A stretch of DNA of 50,715 nt, the filler included, from Catajapyx aquilonaris (Eukaryota), in assembly GCA_000934665.2 (NCBI GenBank). It is 2 parts of 2 records of this genome, joined end to end, with 100 filler letters (N's around TTAATTAATTAA, not from the genome) between each part and the next. Parts side by side here need not be neighbours in the genome. Positions count along the whole stretch, not along the records: positions 1 to 25,314 come from JYFJ02005402.1; positions 25,415 to 50,715 come from KZ539346.1. One strand, given 5' to 3'. Below the pieces are notes generated by a model. That model had not been told where the DNA came from, did not search any database, and saw only the letters and a program-made list of their open reading frames with translations. The stretch's first letter is position 1. Each line of letters opens with the position of its first letter. Below, piece by piece: positions 22,598 to 34,484 of the stretch. The translations under genes and the position numbers were made by a program.

Positions 22598-23577
22598 CTC
22601 CGCCATTTATCGTGGAAGGAATCGACCCATATTGTCTCAAAGGTGGAGCCATAAGGGGTTATATTACCCTTTTTTAAGACAAAAAAAAATGTGTTTATTT
22701 TGTCAAAACCTACCCTTTCACCCCACCAGCACACCCTGAGGATGCCGCCTACTTCGGAACAGTACTGAGCACATTTGTCCTGCAGGCCCTCTCTGTAGTT
22801 ACCTGTACTCTTCCTGTAGTGCCTTGCCATGTCTAATTATTATCATTAGAGGCCTGGAAGCCCGTCCGGCTCGTGGAACGTGCGTGGAACAAGAAGAAAA
22901 AATAATTCGGCGCCATGTTGGACGACGAACAAGTGACAGTCGACAGTGATGCTAATTGTTGCAACAATCTGGACAAACAACACAACAGACGAGACTCGAA
23001 ATCAGTGTTGCCAGACCCAAAGATGAGGTTATATCCCTAAATCTACGGACAAAAAGTTCCTAATTGTCAAAAAAATAATCCATTTAACTGCTTATCTCAT
23101 AAGAGACGCACTCTACCGAGTCTACCACAGTCCAGCCCAGCCCCCCCCCCNCCCCAAGTTGTATGGATACGGTAGTAGTTTAACGCCTGTGTCTCCGCCA
23201 GGCTGGGCATTTGGCGCTGGCGGCGCTACACTGTTCGCTATCCGCCATCTTTTTCAAGGTGCCTATCTTTATATCAAGCGGCGAAAGATATTCAAAACTT
23301 TAAAATTATTGTCACACTTACAATGTTTCTCATTGTTTTGATGTAAAAAATATATGTTACATTTGACTACTCTTAAATTCAAGGATTCAACTTTCCCAAT
23401 CGATTCAAACACTTCTTTGGTTACATCTGGTAGACGGAAATTGAGCCTTTCTGTACATGTGGCCTACTCTCGACCCTTTCGGCTGGGAAATGAGAATACC
23501 GTATACTCGCCAACATGAACTTGGACTAGGGAGACTGAAAATGCATATTGATATCCCATCGTAAGGCCCTGCCTGCA

Positions 23578-23728
23578 CTTCGAGTTGTGGAGAACTTCCA
23601 GTTACAGAACTTCGAGTTAGGGAAGTTTATTTCCTGTTATTTTACATTGTGACCAACCAAGCTCGCCATGTTGTTCGACTTATAGAGAACTTCGACTTAG
23701 GGAAGTTCGACTTAGAGAAGTTTTACTG
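23578..23728. mobile_element. One end of a pogo/Tigger-like MITE
   Basis: Repeated TTCGA(C/G)TTA motifs ending in TTTTACTG|TA (CAGTAAAA terminus next to TA); other end not found. Confidence 0.5.
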
Positions 23729-23999
23729 TATTTTATTGTATTATTTTTTCCGGAAGTCTAGTTTCAAATCCCACAACATCCCGGAATGACCATACGATAC
23801 GCACTCACGTGAGGTGGCCAATTAGCGTAATTGGTGGATGCGTTGAATTTACGGCAATGCTTTAATTTGCTTGGTAGGCCTATTGTTGCCTAAGGGCATT
23901 TCTTGGGAATGCGAATTGATATATTGCTATTTGCTGTTTATGTAAGTTAATTGTTGAGGGACGAGAAGTGAGGAGATTCGGGAATATGCGTGTTGTGGG

Positions 24000-24160
24000 A
24001 GTTAGGTTCATTTTCGGAAGCTGAAACATGCGGCGTTAGATTCCTTGGAAAATGTAACCCCCGACTTGCTAATTTAAGGCGGTGTAGGGGCCTTCCTCTG
24101 GATTTCTATAAGGGACAAACAAACAAACTCACAAACTCACAAACAAACTCACAAACATCC

Positions 24161-24191
<31 letters not shown>

Positions 24192-24193
24192 GA
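24000..24193 (-). mobile_element. 5' part of a non-autonomous Helitron-like element carrying (TA)n and (GTTT/GAGTTT)n microsatellites
   Basis: Minus strand reads A|TCTATATATA...TAAATAAGGATGTTTGTGAGTTTGTTTG, the usual layout of arthropod microsatellite-bearing Helitrons. The 3' CTAG/hairpin end was not located, so the left boundary is approximate. Confidence 0.45.
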
Positions 24194-25314
24194 TATGTGC
24201 ACTTGTATCCTCATGACTCTGGCTGTGTTGCATCGAATCACCACTCAGAGTGACTGGTATTTCTCACATGGGTCACCCCTTTACAACAATGCTTGCAACA
24301 ACTGTCATTGTTGCACCTGAGTCTGATACGATCAGCTTTCAATGCTCGTTACTGTATAATATCTGGATGGGAACGGAAACCTTTTAGCGTCGCAATGAAA
24401 TATTAAGACACAGTGACTGCAGGTCACTCCTTGCGGATAAGGAATGGTGGGCAAGGATGGGCGGAGGCGAATGTCTCAAGGGTCCAAAATAAAATTCATT
24501 TCATAATAATTATGACCTCCAAGATTGGGACTGGTAAAGGTTGCTGCCCGGAAATAACGTTAATCTCTTTGGCCCATAATCATCTGCTTTGATACACAGA
24601 CATGAACTGGGAATTTGATGGAAAGGACTCTTCTTCGTGGGTCAGGCATTACAGCACTTGAATAATTATACTCTATGTCAAGCTGGTGCAGTAGACTGTG
24701 GTGCCAATGGAGGCAGTCGCCGTGGTAATGATTGTTTCCAATTAAGTAATAAAAGCATGGAGAGCTGAATGACCTGCAGCATTTCACTTGTGCGACTTCA
24801 ATGATTGAGTGAATAATGCCCGGGCGACGGGTGCTGGTCCTGTCCTGCGCGGTCATGAATATCAGGTTCTGCGCAGGAGGTCAAGTGGTAAGGCTGGCGT
24901 TATACCTTTCCATTTGGGTGCGATTCAGTTACTCCCTATAAATTATTTGATGCACTTAGGCATAGGGATAGACTATCTTATTATTGATATGTTATTATGG
25001 CTATATTATATGGATATATTATTATGGTTATTATGGCCAAATACTGGAAGGAGAGTAGCGGAATACGACTGACGCTGATGGCGTCGTTCCTGCACTCTGA
25101 TAGAGTGCATGATTGGAACGCCTTGGAAAGCGGCGGACACCACTTACAGTGGGGTAATGAGGATTATTCATTATTAACCTATTTGGGAGTGGTGAAGCGG
25201 AGAATTATTAGGCCACATAGTGTGTAAGTGAACCCCAAGTATTGGCCTCTGGGCCACGTCAGTCAGTGCTTGGGTGAAACATGTTCGGGTTGCAAGTGCT
25301 TGTTCTTTGCTCCG

Positions 25315-25414
25315 NNNNNNNNNNNNNNNNNNNNNNNNNNNNNNNNNNNNNNNNNNNNTTAATTAATTAANNNNNNNNNNNNNNNNNNNNNNNNNNNNNN
25401 NNNNNNNNNNNNNN
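25315..25414. other. Artificial contig-joining spacer (44 N + TTAATTAATTAA + 44 N)
   Basis: Exactly 100 bp and symmetric; the central 12-mer is a palindrome with TAA stops in all six frames. Confidence 0.93.
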
Positions 25415-25615
25415 GCCGGCGGCCATGTTGGGCCCCCTTCGTACCTATAAAGTTCAGCCTTAGTCCGGTAGGGTCGCCACTATGTCGTGGCCCCCGAAAT
25501 GACTCCTGGCGCTCTCAGGTGAGCGCCCGCTGCAAAATGCCTCGGCAGCTGATAACGCCAGAACGTAGTATAAGTGTCCGTGGGCTGGTCCAGACCTTGG
25601 TATTCTAAGACCATG
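25415..25615 (+). mobile_element. Right arm of the P-like hairpin element family
   Basis: Starts at the palindrome centre (GCCGGCGGCCATGTTGGG), shares GTACCTATAAAGTTCAG...GTCCGGTAGGGTCGCCAC with 38213-38251, and ends TATTCTAAGACCATG. Confidence 0.8.
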
Positions 25616-27458
25616 GTTACGGCCTTCTTGCTTCTGACACCAGAGCAGGTGAACAAAATTGTAAGCTTTTCTTTGCGCATTCTTTAATGCAGACTTGCAT
25701 GATTCCTGAATTCCTGTGACTGATCGATATTTGTTAACTAGCAGCGGAGCCGTTCTTCGCAGGGCCTATTTACGTGGTAAAGTAAGCCTGAATTTCCGCA
25801 GACCAGAAAAATCATTTCAGTCATAGCCTCAAGAAAGTGCAGTTTTCAGACTTGGACTATTCCCAGAATCAGCGGCACGTAAACCGTCAGTGTGCGTGTG
25901 TGCCAGGGGACCTGTCCTTAGCACAGGGTTTGATAAATGAAAATACCAGAAAAAAACCACAATAACTTGCAAGTAACCCGGTGTTGCCCAGGTGTGTTGT
26001 GGCGTGTTATGATGGTAGAGGTACGGGTATGCAAGAATGAAATTACACTTCATAAACTTCATCTATATGCAACTCGCCCTGGGGATATTCACATGTTGTG
26101 CAAAGATTCCATTGTTTGCATTAAAGTAGTGCCAGGGAAGGGGGATGTGGCTTCTCTTTTTTCCCCCGCCCCCTTGCGTGATTATTAGTCCATCTGTACA
26201 CCACACAAAGTGACATCGATAGAGCTTCAAAACTTATTAGTGAAGTTCATATCTGTAACCATTTGGGTTTTCAAATGTAAAGGGTGATATTGCTTCAGCT
26301 TTTTAAGATACAGGTGCTTGAATTTTAACTCAGGAAATAATGGCTGCACCTTTCATGTTCCGAATATGATTAGTAATTAATTCTCGAATATTGATTAGTG
26401 TTATGAGTTATTTATTGTTTGTAATACTTAGAAAACTTATGAATGATGATGTCAATGTGGAACTATAGGCATAGTTTTTACTTTCCTTGTCTGAGAGTAG
26501 TGTTGAAATCTGGTGTCCCCTCTGGGGAACACAAGCGGCAAATGCACCCACATTTGGACAAGTAAAGTGTGTGTGTGTGGATTTTATACGCTTTGTTGAA
26601 CTGTTTTTTTAATGAATACATATAATTAAAACGAGATTACATGGCAACGGGTTACCATGGCAACAATGATAGCTTGTTGTTGATTGCAACCAAATTACAA
26701 CCCAGTCTTTGCACAGCCTGTTTCCATGGTAATGCAACTGACAACAATCATGGTGATAATATGAAACTATGGATATTGATGAATGTCACTGTTTCCATGG
26801 TAATGTAATCAACAACTCTTATATCCATACTACCTTATATTTTCCCAGCATCCCATAATTATAGAGAACGGCCATTTGCTCGCAAAGAAGCATTCAGAAA
26901 AATGTCTCATCTCGATTGTTGTGCTTTGGGAACTAATGTGAACTAATAAGAACAAAAAAAGTTCAAAAATTCAACAAAAATCTTTCCTGGCATATCTGGG
27001 TTAATCTCAATGTTGTAAGGGGAAAGAATGGCTCAATATTCAACTCCAGATCCCACAATAAGAGAGTTGCCCTTAACCCACTGAGTCATGATTTTGCTCC
27101 TCAGAACTTGTTTCCCACAAGTTCATCTTGAAAATCCAGACCAAATAAATGCAGCCTAGCAGTATGGAAACAGCAAAAAATTTGAATGGGGAACTAGCCA
27201 TCATTTTGGAAACCACATAATATATTCGCCCATATTTTTTGGATTTTTTTGGCATATTCCGTTTTAAGAAATCAGTTTCAGTTCCGGAGTAATTAGGGTT
27301 TTTTCGAAGGGAAATGGTGACGTCACTGTTTCCCTCGAAAATGTTGACGTCACGCGAAGTGAAATGAACGCAAAAATGATGTTATAGAACGCGCCCCGGC
27401 AGGGTCGTAAATTTGTTCGTTGTACCATGGTTGTACCGGGTTGTACTGTGCATTTTAG

Positions 27459-27702
27459 CAGGGTCACCTACATGAGTGCCTCCCCCACCTAGACAGGGTA
27501 TTGTCTCTCCGCCATATTGGAGCTAATTCACATAGGAGCTACATGCAGTGAAAAAAAAACAATTGAAAAAAACAAAAACGAATCGCTTGCCAATTCCCTA
27601 TCCTGCAGCATGGGGCGGCCATATTGGAGCTAGATTGCATAAGGACTACGTGAAGACAATACCCTGGTTAGGGTGGGGGAGGCAACCATGTAGGGGACCC
27701 TG
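27459..27702. mobile_element. hAT-type MITE with 8-bp TSD
   Basis: About 50-bp imperfect TIRs starting CAGGGTC.CCTACATG; perfect direct repeat CATTTTAG at 27451-27458 and 27703-27710. Confidence 0.88.
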
Positions 27703-28298
27703 CATTTTAGCAGTCCAAGTGTTTACTTAGTTGCCAGGTAACTGGCGAGTTTTTACTCTAAGCCGCTCAAACCGCTTCGTGCGTGGCCGTGATGCCAGCA
27801 GCTCGGAATTATCTGTCTCCCGAATTAGGCACATCAAGCATAAAGGCCCCCTTTCTCCACCTCGATGGCCTACAGCCGCCTTGCGAATGCTTTCCGTCGT
27901 GTCCGCTGTTAATTCAAAGTCAAATTCCTCATATCTTGCAGTCAACCAGGCATTTCAGTGTACCCTTTCGATTGGCACCACCCGGCTGCCCCGTTTTTCC
28001 CGCCAATTTTGAAGGCACTCTTAAATATGCCGTAATTTATCCAGTAATGTCATTTTGATGCAATAGAGTGATGGAATGCGTGTTTACAGGCATGGGCTAG
28101 CTAGTTATTAACAAAAATCCCAAATCCCAGACCAAAGCTAGTTCCCCATTGGCACACATTTTGCCACTAAGTGTCTGGCCTCCCTTCCATCCCTGCCACA
28201 TGATGAATCTTTTCAGATTATACATTCATATTACATTGTTCTACATGTAATTTGAACATTGCCAAGTTATGGTTCGTCTCCAATGATTTTTGTTCCAG

Positions 28299-28628
28299 GT
28301 ACTCCCCAATGTGAACCGCCTGGAAAACAAAGTTTCTGGAAAGGGCAAACATGGTGCCCAGGTCCTGACTGAATTAGCTCCTCTCTGCCGTGTGATCTGC
28401 TCTGACGATGAGTCATACACAGCATACAGCTGCATAAGAGGCAAGCTCGTGGAGATGAATGAAAATCTAATTGCAGAACCAAACCTCCTTGCTACCAGAC
28501 CCACTTCTGAAGGATACATTGCAATTGTGTTGCCCAAACTTGGAGAGAGTGAGAAGCAGAGGGAAAAACTCCTGACTGAAACACAGTACAAATATCGGAT
28601 GGAAGGAAGGAAGGAACCATCCGAGTAA
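28299..28628 (+). CDS. ABITRAM: Last coding exon of Abitram (FAM206A/Simiate; GCS-H-like actin-binding transcription modulator)
   Basis: Acceptor TTTTTGTTCCAG| then [57 protein letters not shown]...[13 protein letters not shown], closely matching recalled Abitram ([24 protein letters not shown]...STEGYIAVVLPK). Stop TAA at 28626-28628. Upstream exons not found. Confidence 0.9.
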   Translation, partial: [109 protein letters not shown]

Positions 28629-29046
28629 TTTTGTTTTTCATTCAGTATGTAGTGCAGTGCAAAATACAACAGTGTATTTGAGTATATATAAAGCTCATTA
28701 CTTTTCTTCACCTCATTTCCACAAATTATGTCAAACTGCAGGAGAGCTAACTGGTGACAAGGGAAGCAGTCCCCCCGCTGGTCCACTTTGGTCTCGCCCA
28801 CTACCCACTTGTGATGTCATCAAACACCTGACTCCACAATGACATCATGATAAATATATGGAAGTGGTGGATTTAGGCAATGAATTGAGCCACTACAAGG
28901 GCAATCCAGAGGTCCAAAAGTGCTGCCTCATTCCAACTATGGAATTACCAAGGGAATTACCCCTCGTTATTATTTTGAATAAATGGTCAGCCCTATAGTT
29001 CCTTGTAAGACCTCACCCTGAACCCCTGCAGGACAAAATCTCAACT

Positions 29047-29047
<1 letters not shown>

Positions 29048-29101
<54 letters not shown>
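29048..29101. repeat. (TAA)n microsatellite
   Basis: Pure TAA run directly before a SINE. Confidence 0.95.
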
Positions 29102-29103
<2 letters not shown>

Positions 29104-29390
29104 GGGAGGCATGGTGGTCTGGTGGTTACGCCCCTGGCCAGCCAAGCAGGAGGCCAGGGTTCAAATCCCATCCCCGTCACCTCTGCTTGGCCGGGTCTTT
29201 TTCCGCTTTTCACCGACATGCTGGGGCAGAATTGCACTCCCTACTCTGCCCAGGGCCAGGAGAAAAGGTCTGGTGTATTTCAGAAAGTCAGGAATGACTA
29301 TAATATATTACAGCACCCTCCCTTGGGAACGTCCCCTTCCCCCCTAAAAGGGCTATCACGGGGTAAATTAAACAACAACAACAACAACAA
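29104..29390 (+). mobile_element. tRNA-derived SINE (family A)
   Basis: A box TGGTCTGGTGG 29115-29125, B box GGTTCAAATCC 29158-29168, about 200-nt body, (AAC)n tail. Confidence 0.8.
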
Positions 29391-30909
29391 TAATTTGTAA
29401 TGTAATATTGGTTGGTTTATTAGGAGGGAGCCAAAGCAACTATGTCTATCTGGCTATAAGAGACACATGTAATCGGGCATTGGAAGTACAGCATCAAGAT
29501 CATCAAGATACTGAAAGGGAATATGTAATATGTTAAACCATGGTTCAAACCGCTTCAAACCTAAGACTATTGTTCAAACCCGTTCAAGCCATAGTGCATA
29601 GTCTGCAAAACAGTTTATAAACCGCGGATGTTATGAATCACGTGACGGATCGTTATCCCTGGTTACCCTCGCCACCTGTGGTCTGTGTCACACACCTGGC
29701 CTTCCGTATCGACTGTTCGCTCCGGTTGCTCACTCCCGCCCGCTCCCGCCACTGCCGGCCAGTCTCCTAAGCATAGAGGAGTGCAAGGGAGAGGGAGGGA
29801 GGGGGTGGGGGGACGAAGCCCCTCCCACCCGACACCCCCATTTCCCCCAGTTAGTCCTCCCACGACGGTCGTAGAGACGGTGCGCCAAAAAGCAACAGCA
29901 AAAAAGCCGATAGATAGCTCGGTCGACTCTACTACGGATGCTGCCAGTGATGAGCAGCCCATACTAGTCAGGGCTACCTCCGTATGAGTCTGAAGGACAC
30001 GCCAGGAGGATATTAAGGTAATGCACCTGTGTTGCATCCTCATATTCAGGCCAACTGGACTTGCAGGCAGGTGCAGCTACTACCAGGTGATTGGATGATT
30101 GCATTGTACGTGACAACTGGCATACCGGTACCGGCGTTTCTACTAATATTTTGAACATTGAGCGAGAGATTCATCGGCACATTTTGGATAGTAAACACTG
30201 CAAATTTTTACCTGTACTCTGTGGTCTTGCCTGGTATGAGCCTGCACATAGTCTGCAAGTACATTGAATATGATTTATACCAGCACTGTGCTTACAAGGT
30301 GTAGTGCATTGTATTGTATATGAAGCAGTTAATTTGTCAATGAAGAAAAGCATAAGTATTCTGCAAAGTTTTTTAAAGTATAGTGTACAATAATACAATG
30401 AGCTTCAGTCATGACATACTACTTCAACCTCATGCTAAATTGCTAATTAACAATTTGGTATTTTATTGTATTTTTTTTTTGCACATGTGGCACCGGATGG
30501 GATTAATGTTGTCAGTATTTAGGCACAGTCATTACCTATTGAGTTTCATTACATTTGTGTTGCTAGGAATAAGTGTTATTCGGTATGCTGAAAAGTAATC
30601 GAGTGTTTTAAATACGCAGATTCGTTGATTTTTGCAAGCCTTTCCAAGTGCATCATGTCACACATGCAATATTGGGGTATTTGGGTATTTTGGGCGAAAA
30701 TTTGTGAGCCGTTTTCTCAATTTGGCTAAGGAGCAAGTCATTAACACATTTACGCACTTGCACTGTTCATAACTGGGGTTAAAATGTGGCATGCAGGCTG
30801 CAGTTTTCAAGGTAATGTGGATTGGAATTATTAATTAGCACACAAGAAAAAACTAAATTCAGGGAATCCTCTGACAAGTCAGGTTAGCCGATTGGTTTGG
30901 CATAAGGCT

Positions 30910-31030
30910 GTCATTCAGGTGAACCTGGATTTGAATATGGGTCTGACCATATCTTTGTAGATTTTGTGTGGTGTTGCTGTTCCCTCCAGGCCAAGTTGGA
31001 TAATTTCCTTTTAAAAAAGCTGCAACTGCT
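30910..31030 (-). pseudogene. Possible degenerate LINE reverse-transcriptase C-terminal fragment
   Basis: With one frameshift the minus strand reads KRKLSNLAW / GTATPHKIYKDMVRPIF, similar to the LINE motif KL...WG....L..Y...VRP.LEY. Confidence 0.3.
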
Positions 31031-31107
31031 TCTTGTTTCACCTAAAAAGTGAGTAACAACAATAAATGACAAAGTGAATTCTTTATGAAAAAACCTTAGC
31101 TTTTCAA

Positions 31108-31163
<56 letters not shown>

Positions 31164-31172
31164 ATAATAATA
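31108..31172. repeat. (TAC)n-(TAA)n compound microsatellite
   Basis: Directly visible. Confidence 0.95.
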
Positions 31173-32903
31173 ATCTAAATTGCAATATTGTTATTGCATG
31201 AATAAAGATTATGTGCATTTTTACACCCTCTTGTTTACATTGATCAAGTCTCATGGTAAATGATATTGAACCCTATATGGATGTTTGTTAATTAATGTGG
31301 TTGATTTAAATTGTTATTAAGACAATGCTTATATAAAAAGTGCCTTTAACTGTGAATTGACAAGAAACACTGCACAGTGATATCACATGACACTGGCACA
31401 AACCTAGATAGCCAATGTTTATTTACCTATTCCCAAGTTGTGTAAGAGCATGTCTCATTTATAGCATATTGGGAAACAGTGTTGGCACAAAGGCTGCCAG
31501 AATCCTACTGCACAATGAACTAGAAAAAAAGGGAAAGGTTATTCAATGTGGCACAGAAATACTGAGTACATTATGTAATGGCTTTGTTCTTATTTGTTTT
31601 TACAGTCTTCAAGTACCAAAGATAAGTGTGTTGGAGTGCGGATTATGGCGTCGAGAAAGCATGATTAACGCTGATGTATCAAGGTAAGAAAAAGAAACCC
31701 CTTTAACAAAAATGAAGATGTTTTGGTGGGAGTCAGGAATAAAAAAAGGAAAGGCTCTGTATTCCAGATGCAATAGTTATTGTACTGTATAGCCGGCCTA
31801 CTGTATCTACAATTTGGGCCGAATGGAATTGACAAGCCTCTTTGGAGAGCTAGGGAGTCGACGATCAAGCAGTATTGGACGAAGGTTATAAACTTCATAA
31901 ATCCGGGAATGAAGGTAGCTCAATATACGTAGAAGTAGGCCTACACGGTTTTTGTAGAAATATTATTTATATGTGTATAAATAAATAAATTTATATAATG
32001 GTAGGTGTGAATATAGGCATGCCCAATTTGTATTATTCCATGCCATAGGAGACTTCATCTGATGTTTATAAGAATTATGAAATAAGCATTATCTTGCTAA
32101 TGCAGGCAGCCACGGTCACGTGCGTCGGGATATTGGCATGTGAAGTGTTGATAAGCATAACAGAAGAATGACAAGTAGCCTAAGGGTTTAAAAAGTGATC
32201 TGGATGAAAGAACTTCACTGAAAGGAAAATGACATCAATCAAATGCATCCATGCCGTGTTTTTATTTTTTTTTAGCGATAGTCTAGTACTGTGTGTGGTA
32301 AATGTGTAGAATGGGTCTCTTAAGACCATTTCTGGATAGAGGCAGGAATAATAAATTTTATGGACAGTGAGCAAGTTTTGCCAATAATGGTACTAATATT
32401 TGTCATCGAAATTAATGCAACAATTATGATCAATAAATACCAATATATTTCATTGCATGTGGCACATGCTATATTTAACCGAGTGATAATCTATTAGCCC
32501 CCTTTTTTGAACCCAATGACGCCTGACATTTGATCACATAGGCAGGGGGGGGGGGGAGGGGGGAAATGTGATTGACAAGACTAATGTGTCACTTGCAGTG
32601 ACACTGCAAGGACAGTGGGTGGAGTTGGAAACGGAAGTGATCTATTAGACCGGCAGTGGAACAAGTTGAGGTTAACCCCTTATCACATAGTGTCACTTGC
32701 TGCAGTTGTGAGTGGCTGAGGTGGCGAGTTGGTTGTGTGGTGTCCATCCAGTTAGTATTATTTCCCCCGATTTTCACTCCCTAGCTGTGACCATGCTGAA
32801 GCTGCTGCTTTTTAGTGGATATCTGCGTGACAGTCAAGGTCAGGGTCTGAATTGCAAATAGGTTTATATTTCGGCCAGGATTTCGGCTAATCCGACTTGG
32901 GTA

Positions 32904-33049
32904 AAGCAGGGTATCCACGTTAGAGTTTTCTCGCGTAAGAGGAGCCAACTGTGCAAGCCCGGATCAGGGGAAAGAGAGGAAGTAGAAAAATTTCAACTCA
33001 ACCCCCCCCCCCCCCCCNCACGAGAAACTTTTACGTGGATACCCAGCTT
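32904..33049. mobile_element. Small MITE (PIF/Harbinger-like)
   Basis: AAGCAGGGTATCCACGTTAGAGTTTTCTCG versus CGAGAAACTTTTACGTGGATACCCAGCTT; TAA/TTA-like flanks. Confidence 0.65.
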
Positions 33050-34369
33050 AGCATAACTAACATTACATGACAAGCACATAGATACAGACTTAATAAATTT
33101 TGCATTGGCGGTCCACATTGGCTGAAACCGCACGTAAAAAATTAATAATGTAAGGCTTAGGTCCATTATGTTAAATTATGCTAGCTTTTAAAAAAGTTAA
33201 GCTAAAAATATTTAGTGTCTTGCTCGGTTGTGTATCCAAGCGAGGGAAATATTGGGATGATTGGGTAGAATGGTGAACTGACATATTACTGCTTTTTTGT
33301 GTCGCATGAAAGTTATTTAAACTATGCAAGCAATATTGCAGGGTTAACAATGACGGCTATAATTTTAGCAATTACTGGAGTTGTTTCTTGGAATTACCAC
33401 AACACTGTAAATAGTAGGGCGGTAACACAATACATGTTCATTGTGACAGGAGTCCGATTTTTATAGCCTCTCTTTACAAAGTTATGCATATTTCAAGCCA
33501 GTAGCTACCATGTGTGTGTTGTTGCTTTTAGAATGTAAAAGCTACAAAACAATGCGAAGGTAAAATTATTTCGGTAACGTGCGGGACGGATTTTTGCAAC
33601 AGTCTTGCGAAAATGCTGCATGAAAGCGGCTTTTATTTTAATTTACATACACAGAGTAAGAGTATAGGATTTATAAGAGCAGGTTGTACCATTTGTCCCT
33701 AGATTTCCTGCACTTGGGAACGTTTTGTTCCGGTGGATTCCCGAGTTAGTACAAGCAAAAGTTATTAGCTCTTGGTACAAGTAGCTGATATATTATACCA
33801 ACCTCCGCCACCCCTCCCTTCCATAAGTGTAGCCATGCCATAAAAAAAGGTTATCGTGTCCCACATATATATTAGTCTCTTCCTCTTTCATCCGACCTTG
33901 AGGATTTTCAGCACAAAAAGTTTCATACTGTGCGTAATCATCATGGGCACCAAGTGACGTAAAGGAGTTGGGAGTTATGTGCAACTAATGACGTAGCTGT
34001 TTATTCTCCGGATGAAAGGCGCTGCATGATAGCAATCTAGTGAATGCTTCATTCATATACAAAGCAGCTTGAAAGGTGGCTGGCTATAGTCTGTGGTACC
34101 GTAAATGGGGGTGACCGGAGGTGGCTTTGTGACAGTTTATGACATTTTTCGTATATCAGCAGAAACGGTTTAATGTTTTTTCCATTAAATGTTTTGTTTA
34201 TTTTTGTACCCTTAGCATCCTTCCGACTCGACATATCCATGTTCAGATCATCTCGATTACTTGATCCGTTACAAAAAATATTCACATTTACATTTGTGAC
34301 GGTGGTAAACACGAGAACCATAAAATATAACAAATTAACCCCGCAAACTCTTTCAACTCATGGAAAATT

Positions 34370-34484
34370 AATGGGTGGAATTTTCATCGTACTACTAGTT
34401 ACTGCTAACTTAGCAGTACCATTGGACTACACTGGTACTGCTAAGTTAGAAGTAACTAGTAGTATGACGAAAATTCCACCCATT
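34370..34484. mobile_element. 115-bp hairpin MITE
   Basis: About 52-bp near-perfect arms AATGGGTGGAATTTT.(C/T)GTACTACTAGTTACT.CTAACTTAGCAGTACCA around a short loop. Confidence 0.8.

Noticed and set aside
22315..22830. 171-aa minus-strand ORF with a possible donor near 22713
   Set aside because: No recognisable domain, runs through a MITE and A/T tracts, and no compatible downstream exon found
25710..25790. PVTDRYL... peptide resembling the Abitram N-terminus (also HPIIIEN near 26849)
   Set aside because: Similarity is only 4-5 residues, the HSNRIC motif is absent, and splice sites do not connect to 28299
29104..29180. tRNA-like sequences here and at 47760-47832 and 50099-50175
   Set aside because: A and B boxes are present but there is no proper cloverleaf, and each is followed by a body and simple-repeat tail, so they are SINE heads rather than tRNA genes
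29940..30010. Hammerhead-like fragments (GTGATGAG, CTGAAGGA)
   Set aside because: No intact CTGANGA plus GAAA core with paired stems
31606..31683. Exon-like segment (TTTTACAG|...AAG|GTAAGA)
   Set aside because: Good splice sites but no recognisable peptide or partner exons; cannot be supported without RNA data
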